A DNA stretch of 42,077 nucleotides, taken from a virus. Lineage: Duplodnaviria > Caudoviricetes. The position numbers were made by a program, and so were the translations under genes. This document shows positions 7,902 to 16,970 of the stretch, in pieces. The first letter of the stretch is position 1, and each line of letters starts with the position of its first letter. The DNA is taken from positions 1-42,077 of the IMG/VR virus record IMGVR_UViG_3300020458_000009. The stretch is one strand, 5' to 3'. A model generated the notes under the pieces. That model was not told where the DNA came from. It saw nothing but the letters and a program-made list of their open reading frames with translations, and ran no database searches.

Positions 7902-9251
7902 ATGAGTTATTTGATGATTGAGAATAAAGGAATAGCACCCCAGGAATCTTTTGAGATTTTAGGGCTATCAGACTCCAGAGATGGCGAAGTAAAGATTGGA
8001 CAATTTGGTTCAGGTGCGAAAATGGGTATTATTCTCTTGTTAAGAGAAGGACTTAATCCTACGGTTACTTCCGATGAAGATGTCTATGAGTTTTATGCCA
8101 AGCATGTTGATTCAAAACTAGGCCAGTTTGATAGAGTATGTTATAGGCACATTGATCGTAATCTTGATTCCTTTGAACACAGCACATCGTACTCTACAGG
8201 GGCAGGGGAAATTGATTGGACAGACGAGTTTATGGCTATTAGGGAGTTTATTAGTAATGCTCTTGACCAGTCTAATCAAGTGTGGAATAGGATTAAAGTT
8301 GAGTTTGTTAATACTGTGGAGTTTCGTAAAGGACATACTCGTATCTTTGTTCCAGCAAATAAAGCTATTAAGGATTACGTAAATAACTTAGGAAAGAACT
8401 TTTTGCATGTAACTGGGAAGGAAAAAGTTGCTACCTTTAAGAAAAAAACATGTTCTTTACCGCGCCTCTACCGACAAGGAGTATTCGTAGCGGAAAAAGT
8501 AGGATACAATTCTCTTTTGGACTACAATGGTGATCATACTATGAGAATAGACGAATCGAGGAATCTTGATTCGGGTAGTATAGCGGGGCATTGTACTAGC
8601 ATATTAAATAAAGATCATGGGGCTATGAAGCACGTTATTAGTAGCATAGCTAATTTAATCGAACCGACCTTTGAATCTCAATTTAGTTCCTTTAGTCTAA
8701 ATTCAACGGCCTGTGTTAAAGCTTTCTATTCTATTTATGGAAAGTCGGCAATCGTAACAAGCAGCTCTTTCCTTAAAGAGCAACTAAAGCATAAAGGGCT
8801 TGTAGCAATTGAATTACCTGTTGGATGGTGTAGGGCTTTGGAGAACGGAGGGGTTAAGTCTGCTAGTGGAATGATTAATGCTCTAGAAGCTGCGGGGATA
8901 CAGTCTAGAGCTGCTGAATTATACCAAAGAGAAACGTTTGATACTATTTGGCATTCACTTAAAAATGAGGATCTTACTTTTGGAAAGGAAAAACCTACTT
9001 TAGAAGTTTTTGATTCTCCCTTGAAGGGAGGAGCCCAGTTAAGTGGATACCAGGAAAGAAACACGGTCTATTTACATATAGACTATATTGATAATCAAAA
9101 AGTAGTATTAGAGGAGATTTCTCATTATATAACGGAAGCATCAGACTGCTGTAGGGATTTTCAAGACTTTGCGTTTAAGGTTGCCGCACGCTTTATGGCA
9201 AATGAACATGCAACTACTATTTCCTCATCTATTGATCTTACGGAGTATTAA
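7902..9251 (+). CDS. GHKL-type ATP-binding protein with permuted motif order
   Basis: IENKG (G1-like) and IGQFGSGAK (G2) precede the N-box AIREFISNALD. Confidence 0.8.
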   Translation: MSYLMIENKGIAPQESFEILGLSDSRDGEVKIGQFGSGAKMGIILLLREGLNPTVTSDEDVYEFYAKHVDSKLGQFDRVCYRHIDRNLDSFEHSTSYSTGAGEIDWTDEFMAIREFISNALDQSNQVWNRIKVEFVNTVEFRKGHTRIFVPANKAIKDYVNNLGKNFLHVTGKEKVATFKKKTCSLPRLYRQGVFVAEKVGYNSLLDYNGDHTMRIDESRNLDSGSIAGHCTSILNKDHGAMKHVISSIANLIEPTFESQFSSFSLNSTACVKAFYSIYGKSAIVTSSSFLKEQLKHKGLVAIELPVGWCRALENGGVKSASGMINALEAAGIQSRAAELYQRETFDTIWHSLKNEDLTFGKEKPTLEVFDSPLKGGAQLSGYQERNTVYLHIDYIDNQKVVLEEISHYITEASDCCRDFQDFAFKVAARFMANEHATTISSSIDLTEY

Positions 9252-9253
9252 AT

Positions 9254-9889
9254 ATGGACCGACACGAAGTAGTGAATCCTAAAACAGGGGAGCGTATCGT
9301 TTGTACGTTGTCTATGTCGGACGCTATGGCTTCTTTGAATCGTAAGAATAGGGAGAAACCTAGTACTTTTAGTAGTGGATTGATAGCTTCTCATAGAAAG
9401 TATAATAGGCTATCTGATTCTCAATGGTTTTGGGTTTATAAACTAGTTCAAGAGGTTGATGAAATAGACTCGGTAGAGCTTACTGTTGATTTTACAAAAG
9501 ACATGATAGCGTCCTTTATGAAGTCCGAATTAAAGTATCCTGCTCTTCATTTTAATTTATGTAAGATATACATACACGAAGGGGAGCTTAGAGTAAAAAA
9601 TGATAATGGTAGGTGCGGATACATTAAGGACGATATGTTCTACCCTACTAGTAAAGCCTCTGATAAACTTATTAAGTTCATTGTAGAACTAAGTAAAGCT
9701 CCGTTTGAATGCATAGCCAAGGAAGGAAAACAGAAAGGTATTTGTTGCTTCTGTAAGAGAGAATTGACTAATGAGGAATCTGTATTTAGAGGATACGGAC
9801 CTATCTGTGCGAGTAGGTATGATCTACCCTATGATCATTCTAAACAAAATCCACTGCCTATCGAAAGAGAATGGAAAGGGGTCTTTTAA
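9254..9889 (+). CDS. DUF6011 domain protein
   Basis: C-terminal CCFCKRELTNEESVFRGYGPICA signature. Confidence 0.85.
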   Translation: MDRHEVVNPKTGERIVCTLSMSDAMASLNRKNREKPSTFSSGLIASHRKYNRLSDSQWFWVYKLVQEVDEIDSVELTVDFTKDMIASFMKSELKYPALHFNLCKIYIHEGELRVKNDNGRCGYIKDDMFYPTSKASDKLIKFIVELSKAPFECIAKEGKQKGICCFCKRELTNEESVFRGYGPICASRYDLPYDHSKQNPLPIEREWKGVF

Positions 9890-10051
9890 ATGTCAAAAAA
9901 CCTAAGATCTATTACTAGCGGGGGAGAGGTCTATCTCTGTAAAAGTGACTTACTTCAACTGCTTTTAGTTCTTAAGAAGTTTGAAAAGGATTTAGAAACT
10001 AAAGTAGTGGTTCAAGGAATTATTGATAAGTTAACAACCTTAGAAAAGTAA
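9890..10051 (+). CDS. Small hypothetical protein (53 aa; not in ORF track)
   Basis: MSKNLRSITSGGEVYLCKSDLLQ...LEK*; GAAAGGG RBS; fills the gap between two genes. Confidence 0.6.
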   Translation: MSKNLRSITSGGEVYLCKSDLLQLLLVLKKFEKDLETKVVVQGIIDKLTTLEK

Positions 10052-10066
10052 ATGAAAGGTAGCTGA

Positions 10067-10579
10067 ATGAGGGATATTGATAAAGAACTATATGTGGACT
10101 GTATGACGTTGTTTAATAAGTGGACAACTAGACTTAGTGATCTGGAAACGGAAAATGTTGAAGATGCTTTAGATACAGGGTACGCTATTCGGGAAAGTGT
10201 TGAATACCTTAACGAAATACGAAAGTCCTTAGAAAAGTTCTCTTCAAAGATTCAAGCTATGTTATGCCTTATTCTATTACAGAAAGGTGTTAAAAGTTGG
10301 AAAACGGAACATACGACTGGAACTGTCAATATTCGTATGTCCGCAACTCCGCCTAAGTTAGTATCTAATCCTGAGAAGTATAGGGCTATGATGAAAGCCT
10401 TAAAGATTCCTGAGGACGTGTATGAGAAGGAGCTAGTAAGAGTTCATTATCCGGCTTATGAATCTTATTGCACTGAGATAATGGCAAGAGGAGAACCAGC
10501 TCCTGCAGGGATTGAACCTAGTTCGATGCGTGGATTACCTAAAATCACATTTAGAAAGAAGAAAGGGATTACAGAGTAA
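10067..10579 (+). CDS. Hypothetical phage protein in the replication cluster
   Basis: 170 aa, GAAAGG RBS. Confidence 0.8.
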   Translation: MRDIDKELYVDCMTLFNKWTTRLSDLETENVEDALDTGYAIRESVEYLNEIRKSLEKFSSKIQAMLCLILLQKGVKSWKTEHTTGTVNIRMSATPPKLVSNPEKYRAMMKALKIPEDVYEKELVRVHYPAYESYCTEIMARGEPAPAGIEPSSMRGLPKITFRKKKGITE

Positions 10580-10818
10580 TGATAAAGAAAGTACCAAAAC
10601 CTAAAGTCTACCATGAATTAAAGAGTTTCTATGCAACGGCTGGAGAGGATAGTCGAGTAGCTAAGTTAACAGAGGAGAATGTCAGGTATATTCGTGCTAA
10701 TTACTATAGGGAGTCATACGCCAAAAGCAATACTAGAGAGTTGGCCGATAAATTTAATGTCACTACCTCTACAATTCTACAGATAGTTAAATACCGTACA
10801 TGGCAGAATGTAAAGTAA
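10579..10818 (+). CDS. Stand-alone HTH resembling the C-terminal DNA-binding domain of HNH endonucleases
   Basis: GEDSRVAKLTEENVRYIR...ELADKFNVTTSTILQIVKYRTW. Confidence 0.8.
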   Translation: MIKKVPKPKVYHELKSFYATAGEDSRVAKLTEENVRYIRANYYRESYAKSNTRELADKFNVTTSTILQIVKYRTWQNVK

Positions 10819-10848
10819 GTAATGTTTTTGAAAGAAAGGGTCGAAGAT

Positions 10849-10989
10849 ATGAAAGTTAAGACAGAGCGTATTAAGTTGGATAAGGAAACAAGGGCAGTAG
10901 CTGCTTTTACTATAAAGCTCTTCCTTTTTTGGGGTATAGCTATTACTGTGGTTTATTATTTTATGCTTCAGGGAGTGTACCAATTCTAG
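10849..10989 (+). CDS. Small single-pass membrane protein (46 aa; not in ORF track)
   Basis: MKVKTERIKLDKETRAVAAFTIKLFLFWGIAITVVYYFMLQGVYQF*; GAAAGGG RBS. Confidence 0.55.
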   Translation: MKVKTERIKLDKETRAVAAFTIKLFLFWGIAITVVYYFMLQGVYQF

Positions 10990-11080
10990 TATCAAAGATC
11001 CGATTATGAAAGGAGTTTGAGGTAAAGAGTTAGTTGATTCTTTTTATATTTAAACAATCAAAAAGAGGAAAGAACAGACA

Positions 11081-11908
11081 ATGGCGACTGAACTGATGAA
11101 TGCTGAAGACAGTAATATTGATAATAACAATCGTAAAGTGATTGGTGTGGAGAGACCTTCTTATCTTACCAGTTACGAGAAGGAAGATTTTGGTACAGGT
11201 GAGATTCTTAAAGTCGTCCGTCCGCCAATGATTAAGATTGTGCAGACAATGACGGGTCCACCAGTTAAACCTCCATATACTGATGGAGATATTGTTGTCT
11301 TACCAATGTTAATTAAGATTGGAGGTGGACAATCAGAAGATACTCAAGAGCCAATTGAATTTACACCTATCTTCTTCTTCAGAAGTTGGTTTACATGGAA
11401 TCCTCTTCAAATGAAAGGACAGCTTTCTCCTATTCGAGAATCATCCTTTGATGAAAACGGAGAAATCGCTAAGAAAGCAAAAGGAAAGGATACTAGGCGA
11501 GAAGCTTGTCCAGAGAATAATGAATATAAGATAGTCCACTGCGAACATCTTAATTACATTACATTGGTGGATAATCCAGATGTAGCTGAATTACCAATGT
11601 TAATGTCGTTCTCTCGTGGGGAGTACACGACGGGTTCTATGTATGGATCACTGCTGCAAGTACGGCGAGCACCTATTTATTGTTGCCGATTCCAGGCAAC
11701 TGTTAAAGACGTTGTCGGTCAACTTGGAACCTGGAAAGGATTTGATATTACCAACTCTTTAAATCCTTGGGTAGATCCTGCTATTGTAGAAAGGAACAAA
11801 GAACTATTTGAGACATATAAAAAGTTACACGTATCTCGAATGATTGAATTTGATTTAGGTGAGGAAGATGTAGCAGAGGTGGAAACTCTTAATAGCGACT
11901 TCTCGTAA
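11081..11908 (+). CDS. Putative ssDNA-binding/annealing protein
   Basis: 275 aa, acidic C-terminal tail ending in FS, located before the primase; function inferred. Confidence 0.6.
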   Translation: MATELMNAEDSNIDNNNRKVIGVERPSYLTSYEKEDFGTGEILKVVRPPMIKIVQTMTGPPVKPPYTDGDIVVLPMLIKIGGGQSEDTQEPIEFTPIFFFRSWFTWNPLQMKGQLSPIRESSFDENGEIAKKAKGKDTRREACPENNEYKIVHCEHLNYITLVDNPDVAELPMLMSFSRGEYTTGSMYGSLLQVRRAPIYCCRFQATVKDVVGQLGTWKGFDITNSLNPWVDPAIVERNKELFETYKKLHVSRMIEFDLGEEDVAEVETLNSDFS

Positions 11909-11914
11909 AGAGAC

Positions 11915-11989
11915 TGATCCTGTAGTCGAACGGTAAGATGAAGTGAATAAAGTAACTTAGATTCCCGGTTCAAGTCCGGGGCAGGATCA
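11915..11989 (+). tRNA. tRNA-like element with a non-canonical anticodon arm
   Basis: Acceptor TGATCCTG/CAGGATCA, TA linker, D-loop with GG, T-arm CCCGG-TTCAAGT-CCGGG. Confidence 0.75.
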
Positions 11990-12044
11990 TTGAGGTAGGG
12001 GCAGTAAGGGAACGATTGAGTATATTGCATAGAAGGAGGAGTAA

Positions 12045-12500
12045 ATGCCAAGACCCCCCGCTAAGAATTATTATCAAACAACAGGGCGTCGTCATTTAGG
12101 TTTGTCTCATCCAGAAAGATATGGCTTAACCTATATAGAAGTAGTACGTTTAATAGATGAAGATAGGTGGAGGATCTTCTATACGAAATGGAGAAGAAAA
12201 CAGAAACAGATCAAGGAGATTAGCGCCCTTAAACATGTCTGTCCAAATTGCAATAATAAAGTAGAAGATCCTTCTCTCTGGATTTTAGCAGGCACACAAT
12301 GCAAAAAATGTGAGAAGATTAATAGTCATAACATACGGGTGGTAGCCGGGAAAGAAGCAGGTCTTGCAGGTAGATCCAGGGGACCAGGAAAGAGAGTATT
12401 AGGCTTTAAAAACTTCTGTTCAATATGTAGAAAATGGAAAGAGAATACTCTTTCTTTAGGTAAAATCAGAGCCTGTGAATCCTGTATAAAGAAGGCTTGA
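12045..12500 (+). CDS. Basic Zn-finger protein (four CxxC motifs)
   Basis: CPNC, CKKC, CSIC, CESC; AGGAGG RBS. Confidence 0.75.
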   Translation: MPRPPAKNYYQTTGRRHLGLSHPERYGLTYIEVVRLIDEDRWRIFYTKWRRKQKQIKEISALKHVCPNCNNKVEDPSLWILAGTQCKKCEKINSHNIRVVAGKEAGLAGRSRGPGKRVLGFKNFCSICRKWKENTLSLGKIRACESCIKKA

Positions 12501-12562
12501 AGGTTACGGATAATCGCATTCCTTGAATGAGTCACTAGTAAGGAAAATAAAGTAAGGATATT

Positions 12563-15373
12563 ATGCAGTTTGATCCTCTACAGGCTTTACGAGAGTTTAC
12601 AATACAATATCAAGAAGATGGAGAGAAGGTTAAAGTTGTATGTCCGTTCCATCCAGATAAATCTCCTAGTGGTTTTATATACCTAGAGTCTAAGATGTTT
12701 AAGTGCTACGGGTGCAATACCTCTGTACGCTTTATAGATTATCTAGCAAAAAAACTAGGATACACTGCTAGGAATCTATTTTATACCTTAAATCAAAAAC
12801 TAAACCCAACTCCTGATAAAGTTATTCCTCCTGATACTATTGATAAAGGGGTTAAAGAACTAAGACAGCCTACCTCAAAGCAGTTTGTTGATGCTCTTAA
12901 GTATAGATGCATTACAGAAGAAATGATGGAATCTTACCGTATAGGGGTATTTAAGGATAGGTTAATGATTCCTATCTTTAATCCCTCAGGATACTGTGTT
13001 AATATTCGTAAGTATAAACCGGGAGCTAGTTCAAGTAAGACAATCAATCAATCGGGTTTTGGAAAAGTACCCAGATTATTTCCCATTGAACAACTACAAT
13101 ACGATCAGATACTTCTTTGTGGGGGAGAGATGAAAGCTATTTTAGCTGCTAATCTTTTAAATCCTCATGGAATAGGAGCAATTTGTTGTACCCAAGGTGA
13201 AGCTAGTCTCCCTAATGAGCTGATAGAAGAGTTTAGAGGATGCAAAGTTTGGATTTGTTTAGATATTGATTTCGCTGGAAGGGAAGCAAGTGAAAAACAT
13301 GCTAAAAAGATTTCTCGCGTTGCTGAGAGCGTTTATATTTGTAAATTACCTCTTGATGAAAGCGCATATCCGAAAGGAGACATTAACGATTTCATCAGAG
13401 AAGGCGGGGATTTGTTGGAAGTACTTCATTCCACAAAAGAGTGGGTGTTTCAGCTCCCCGCAACTCAAATACTCTCCAATGAAGAAGCGTTGGAAACGAA
13501 ACTCACTCAAGCTGTTCATGCCAATTTCACGGGGAAAAGAATAACATTCAAAGGAGTTACTTCTCAATTAGACACTTCTCCATTCTCTATTCCTAAAACC
13601 CTTAAAGTGCTTTGCGATAGAAGTGAAAAGTTTTGTGATATATGCCCCGTTAACTTCTCTCAAGAAGATCAAATATTTTCAATTCCTAATGAGTCCCCTG
13701 AATTAATTGAAATGATTGGAGCGCCTAAGAAGGGACAGAAATTTGTTTTAATGTCCGCAGTTAAAATCCCTTTAACTTGTCGTAAATGCTCGTTTGAAAC
13801 TGAAGAAAGTTACAATTTTGAAGAAGTACGCCTATCCGAGCAATTAGATATCAGTAACCGTTCAACAGAACGTTCTATGCAAATAGCCTATTGCATTGGA
13901 GAAGGGTTAGATTTAAATGAAACATACGATTTTAGTGGTAGAATGTATCCACATCCTAAAACACAACAATCTTGTTTCTTAATATCCGACTATAAGCAGG
14001 CTACTGATTCTCTGTCAAACTATCAATGTAATGATATGGAAATCTTAAAGATCTTCCAACCTGAGGAGTGGACTAAAGAAAGTCTTGGTGAGAAGCTTAA
14101 AGATATTTATCTAGATTTTGCTGCTAATGTAACTCAGATATATAGAAGACAAGCTATGCATCTGGCGGTAGATTTAGCATACCATTCCCCTTTATTTATA
14201 GACTTTGAAGGCAAAAAGAAACAAAAGGGATGGGTTGAAATATTAATTGTTGGGGATTCAGCACAGGGTAAAAGTCGTACAGTTGACTCTTTAATGGATC
14301 ATTACCAATTAGGAGAGAAGGTAGACTGTAAAACTGCATCTGTCGCAGGATTAAAGGGTGGAGTAGATGACATAAGTAATAGGCATTTTATATCATGGGG
14401 TGTGATACCTACACATGATAAAAGACTTGTTATCTTAGAAGAGCTAAAGGGCATGCATCCAGAAGTATTCTCTGCTTTAACAGAAATGCGCTCAGGTGGG
14501 ATAGCGCAGATTACAAAGATTAGAAAACGGCAGACTCACGCTCGTACTCGGTTAATTGGACTTTCAAACCCTAGATCGGATAGGCCCCTATCTTCATATA
14601 ACTATGGACTTGAGGCTATAAGGGAGTTAATTGTACACCCTGAAGACATTAGAAGGTTTGATGCTTGTTTTATCTTTGAAAGGAATGAGGTAGATATTAA
14701 TGATATTCCTTTTGGGAAGATTAAATATCCAATAAAGTATAACTCAGATCTATGTCGTGAACTTGTATTATGGTCTTGGACGAGAGACACTGCTATCTTC
14801 GACGATGAAGAATACGTCCATAATAAAGCTAGTACGTTTTCGTCTAAATTTTCTGATGATATCCCTATAGCAGATAGGGGTAGTATTAGAGAAAAACTTG
14901 CTAGGCTCTCTGCAAGTTTGGCAGCAAGAACATTTTCATACAACGAAGCTGGAGAAGATGGAGAGCAGGAAATATTCGTTAGAAACTGTCATGTGGATTA
15001 TATCTGTGACTTTTTAGAAGCAGAGTATAGCAAGGATTCTTTTGGATATAGAGAGTATAGTGCGTCCCTATTTAAATCAGAAAATATCCTAGACAAGACC
15101 GCCGTTGTACACAGAATACTTAAAAAGGTTCCTCACCCTAGAGAGTTTGTTGAGAATTTATTAGCAACAGATGAAATTACAGTATACTTTATTCAAGACA
15201 TATTAGCGTACCCACAAGACGTAGCTAGAGAGCTATTATCTTTTCTAATTCGACAGAAAGCTTTAAAAAGGGAGAAAACATTTCACCGTAAGACAAGAGA
15301 GTTTACGTTGTTACTAAAAGAAATACGAGAAAAAGATGGATTGGAAGGAAGACCTAACTATGAAGAATTCTAG
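12563..15373 (+). CDS. Primase-helicase fusion: CHC2 Zn finger, TOPRIM and MCM-like AAA+ helicase
   Basis: CPFHPD..CYGC; LCGGEMKA; CLDIDFAG; KGDINDF; ILIVGDSAQGKS; ASVAGL; VILEELKGM; ARTRLIGLSNP; IRRFD. Confidence 0.9.
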   Translation: MQFDPLQALREFTIQYQEDGEKVKVVCPFHPDKSPSGFIYLESKMFKCYGCNTSVRFIDYLAKKLGYTARNLFYTLNQKLNPTPDKVIPPDTIDKGVKELRQPTSKQFVDALKYRCITEEMMESYRIGVFKDRLMIPIFNPSGYCVNIRKYKPGASSSKTINQSGFGKVPRLFPIEQLQYDQILLCGGEMKAILAANLLNPHGIGAICCTQGEASLPNELIEEFRGCKVWICLDIDFAGREASEKHAKKISRVAESVYICKLPLDESAYPKGDINDFIREGGDLLEVLHSTKEWVFQLPATQILSNEEALETKLTQAVHANFTGKRITFKGVTSQLDTSPFSIPKTLKVLCDRSEKFCDICPVNFSQEDQIFSIPNESPELIEMIGAPKKGQKFVLMSAVKIPLTCRKCSFETEESYNFEEVRLSEQLDISNRSTERSMQIAYCIGEGLDLNETYDFSGRMYPHPKTQQSCFLISDYKQATDSLSNYQCNDMEILKIFQPEEWTKESLGEKLKDIYLDFAANVTQIYRRQAMHLAVDLAYHSPLFIDFEGKKKQKGWVEILIVGDSAQGKSRTVDSLMDHYQLGEKVDCKTASVAGLKGGVDDISNRHFISWGVIPTHDKRLVILEELKGMHPEVFSALTEMRSGGIAQITKIRKRQTHARTRLIGLSNPRSDRPLSSYNYGLEAIRELIVHPEDIRRFDACFIFERNEVDINDIPFGKIKYPIKYNSDLCRELVLWSWTRDTAIFDDEEYVHNKASTFSSKFSDDIPIADRGSIREKLARLSASLAARTFSYNEAGEDGEQEIFVRNCHVDYICDFLEAEYSKDSFGYREYSASLFKSENILDKTAVVHRILKKVPHPREFVENLLATDEITVYFIQDILAYPQDVARELLSFLIRQKALKREKTFHRKTREFTLLLKEIREKDGLEGRPNYEEF

Positions 15374-15623
15374 AGGCGGACTTACACCAGAGCAGTTTAT
15401 ATTGTTTGCAAAGTATATTAATTATGGGGATAAGCTATTACACATAGAAATTAATACTACTGAAGCAATACTTGAAAGGGCTGAGACAGATTTAGATGAA
15501 TATACGGAGTACTTGGAGAATAAAAGTGCTTTAGAAGCAAAAGTAATCGGCCTTACTGTAAAGAAAGAAAGTCTTGAAGCTCAGATAGAACTCATGAAGC
15601 TCTGTATAGGGGCTAAAAAGTGA
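15360..15623 (+). CDS. Hypothetical coiled-coil protein
   Basis: ORF 15336-15623; the likely start is MKNSRG, overlapping the primase end. Confidence 0.65.
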   Translation: MKNSRGGLTPEQFILFAKYINYGDKLLHIEINTTEAILERAETDLDEYTEYLENKSALEAKVIGLTVKKESLEAQIELMKLCIGAKK

Positions 15624-15835
15624 AATGTGGTGTTACTATCAAAAGCATACGAGATGAAAATGAACTAAATATGGAGGACTTCGGAATAATGATAGGGGTG
15701 ACTAAAGGGTATATTTCTCTCTTAGAAAGAGACATGAGGCAACCCTCAATTAAATTGTTAACTGAGATAGAAAAGTTGTTTAGTGTGGTGCTACTATTAA
15801 CCTATAGGGATAAAAAGTTACATGACAGAGAATGA
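15620..15835 (+). CDS. XRE-family HTH regulator
   Basis: IKSIRDENELNMEDFGIMIGVTKGYISLLERDMRQPS. Confidence 0.9.
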   Translation: MKCGVTIKSIRDENELNMEDFGIMIGVTKGYISLLERDMRQPSIKLLTEIEKLFSVVLLLTYRDKKLHDRE

Positions 15836-16184
15836 GTGGGCTAAGACCATAGTTAAGATGTTACGAAGGTGTAATGCCTTAGTTTTAAATACGCATGGAG
15901 AACAATACCAACAACCTGGATGGCCTGATTTATATATTGCACATTCCTTCTATTGTGGCTGGATCGAATTAAAGGGAGTGAAGACTTTACTGGAACCCCA
16001 TCAAAAGAAGATACTTAAAGGTTTGAGTTCTAGAGGGGTTCCCGCCTATATTGCACGTTACCCTAATTTAATTCAAAACTATGAAGGAGTACTATTATAC
16101 AAATTTGAGTCAACTGGATTAGCCCTACTACAGACCTTGCAACGTATAGAAGAGGTGCATTATGATGTTAGAAATGAAAAATAA
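15822..16184 (+). CDS. VRR-NUC / PD-(D/E)xK nuclease (Holliday-junction-resolvase-like)
   Basis: MTENE..., PGWPDL, WIELKG, LEPHQ motifs. Confidence 0.85.
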   Translation: MTENEWAKTIVKMLRRCNALVLNTHGEQYQQPGWPDLYIAHSFYCGWIELKGVKTLLEPHQKKILKGLSSRGVPAYIARYPNLIQNYEGVLLYKFESTGLALLQTLQRIEEVHYDVRNEK

Positions 16185-16350
16185 AGCTGAGTTTGAATAT
16201 GCCTTATCTATTCTAAGTGCTCAACTCACTGGCCTATTATTGGACAATGAATTAGCACTAGATGAGTCCCCTCTTTCTTTCTCACTTCCTTTATTGGAGG
16301 CACAACTTAAATTAAGAACCGTGGTTGAATCTATGGAGGAGCAAGAATAG
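16162..16350 (+). CDS. Hypothetical protein
   Basis: 62 aa, GAGG RBS, packed in the operon. Confidence 0.6.
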   Translation: MMLEMKNKAEFEYALSILSAQLTGLLLDNELALDESPLSFSLPLLEAQLKLRTVVESMEEQE

Positions 16351-16351
16351 T

Positions 16352-16696
16352 ATGATACAGCAAAAGTTAGTCTTTCGTTGTACTCTATGTGGAAAAGACT
16401 ATGAAAATCCACAGCAGCACTGCATGTGTGAAACTACTTTAAAAGCCGGAGATAATATTGGGCCTTTTCATATTCTTGAGAAGAGAGGTCGTGATTATAA
16501 GGTGGAATGTAATATATGTGGGCTAGTTAAAGACATTCATTCTTCTAATATACGAAGACAAGTGTCTTGTGGTTGTAAACCTAGGCATGTTAGTATATCA
16601 AGAATATTAGCGAATGAGATAAGATATCGATGTAAGAAGTGTGATGAGGTTCATCTGGTATCCCTACCTCTTGATGAGTGGTGCTGTGATGACTGA
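16352..16696 (+). CDS. Cys-rich Zn-ribbon protein
   Basis: CTLC, CNIC, SCGC, CKKC; the likely start is MIQQK after a GGAG RBS. Confidence 0.7.
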   Translation: MIQQKLVFRCTLCGKDYENPQQHCMCETTLKAGDNIGPFHILEKRGRDYKVECNICGLVKDIHSSNIRRQVSCGCKPRHVSISRILANEIRYRCKKCDEVHLVSLPLDEWCCDD

Positions 16697-16970
16697 AGAA
16701 GAATTTAGAGTTGGCTACACTATTAACTATTGTATTATTAACTGGAATCCAGAAATTCTAAGATGGGAAGTGCTCTATTACGATATGGTTATTGCTAGAG
16801 CAACTGAATGGCATGAGAAATTTAAAAAGACTCATCCACTCTGCCAATTAATGATTAATGCTCCACAGATTAAAAAAGAAGACGCAAAGCAGCAGTTCCT
16901 TAAGATGCTTGAAAAGGTAAAAAATGAAGAGATACGACGGAAACAAGATCCTAATACAGAGTCTGGATGA
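16689..16970 (+). CDS. Hypothetical protein
   Basis: ORF 16641-16970; the likely start is MTEEEF. Confidence 0.6.
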   Translation: MTEEEFRVGYTINYCIINWNPEILRWEVLYYDMVIARATEWHEKFKKTHPLCQLMINAPQIKKEDAKQQFLKMLEKVKNEEIRRKQDPNTESG

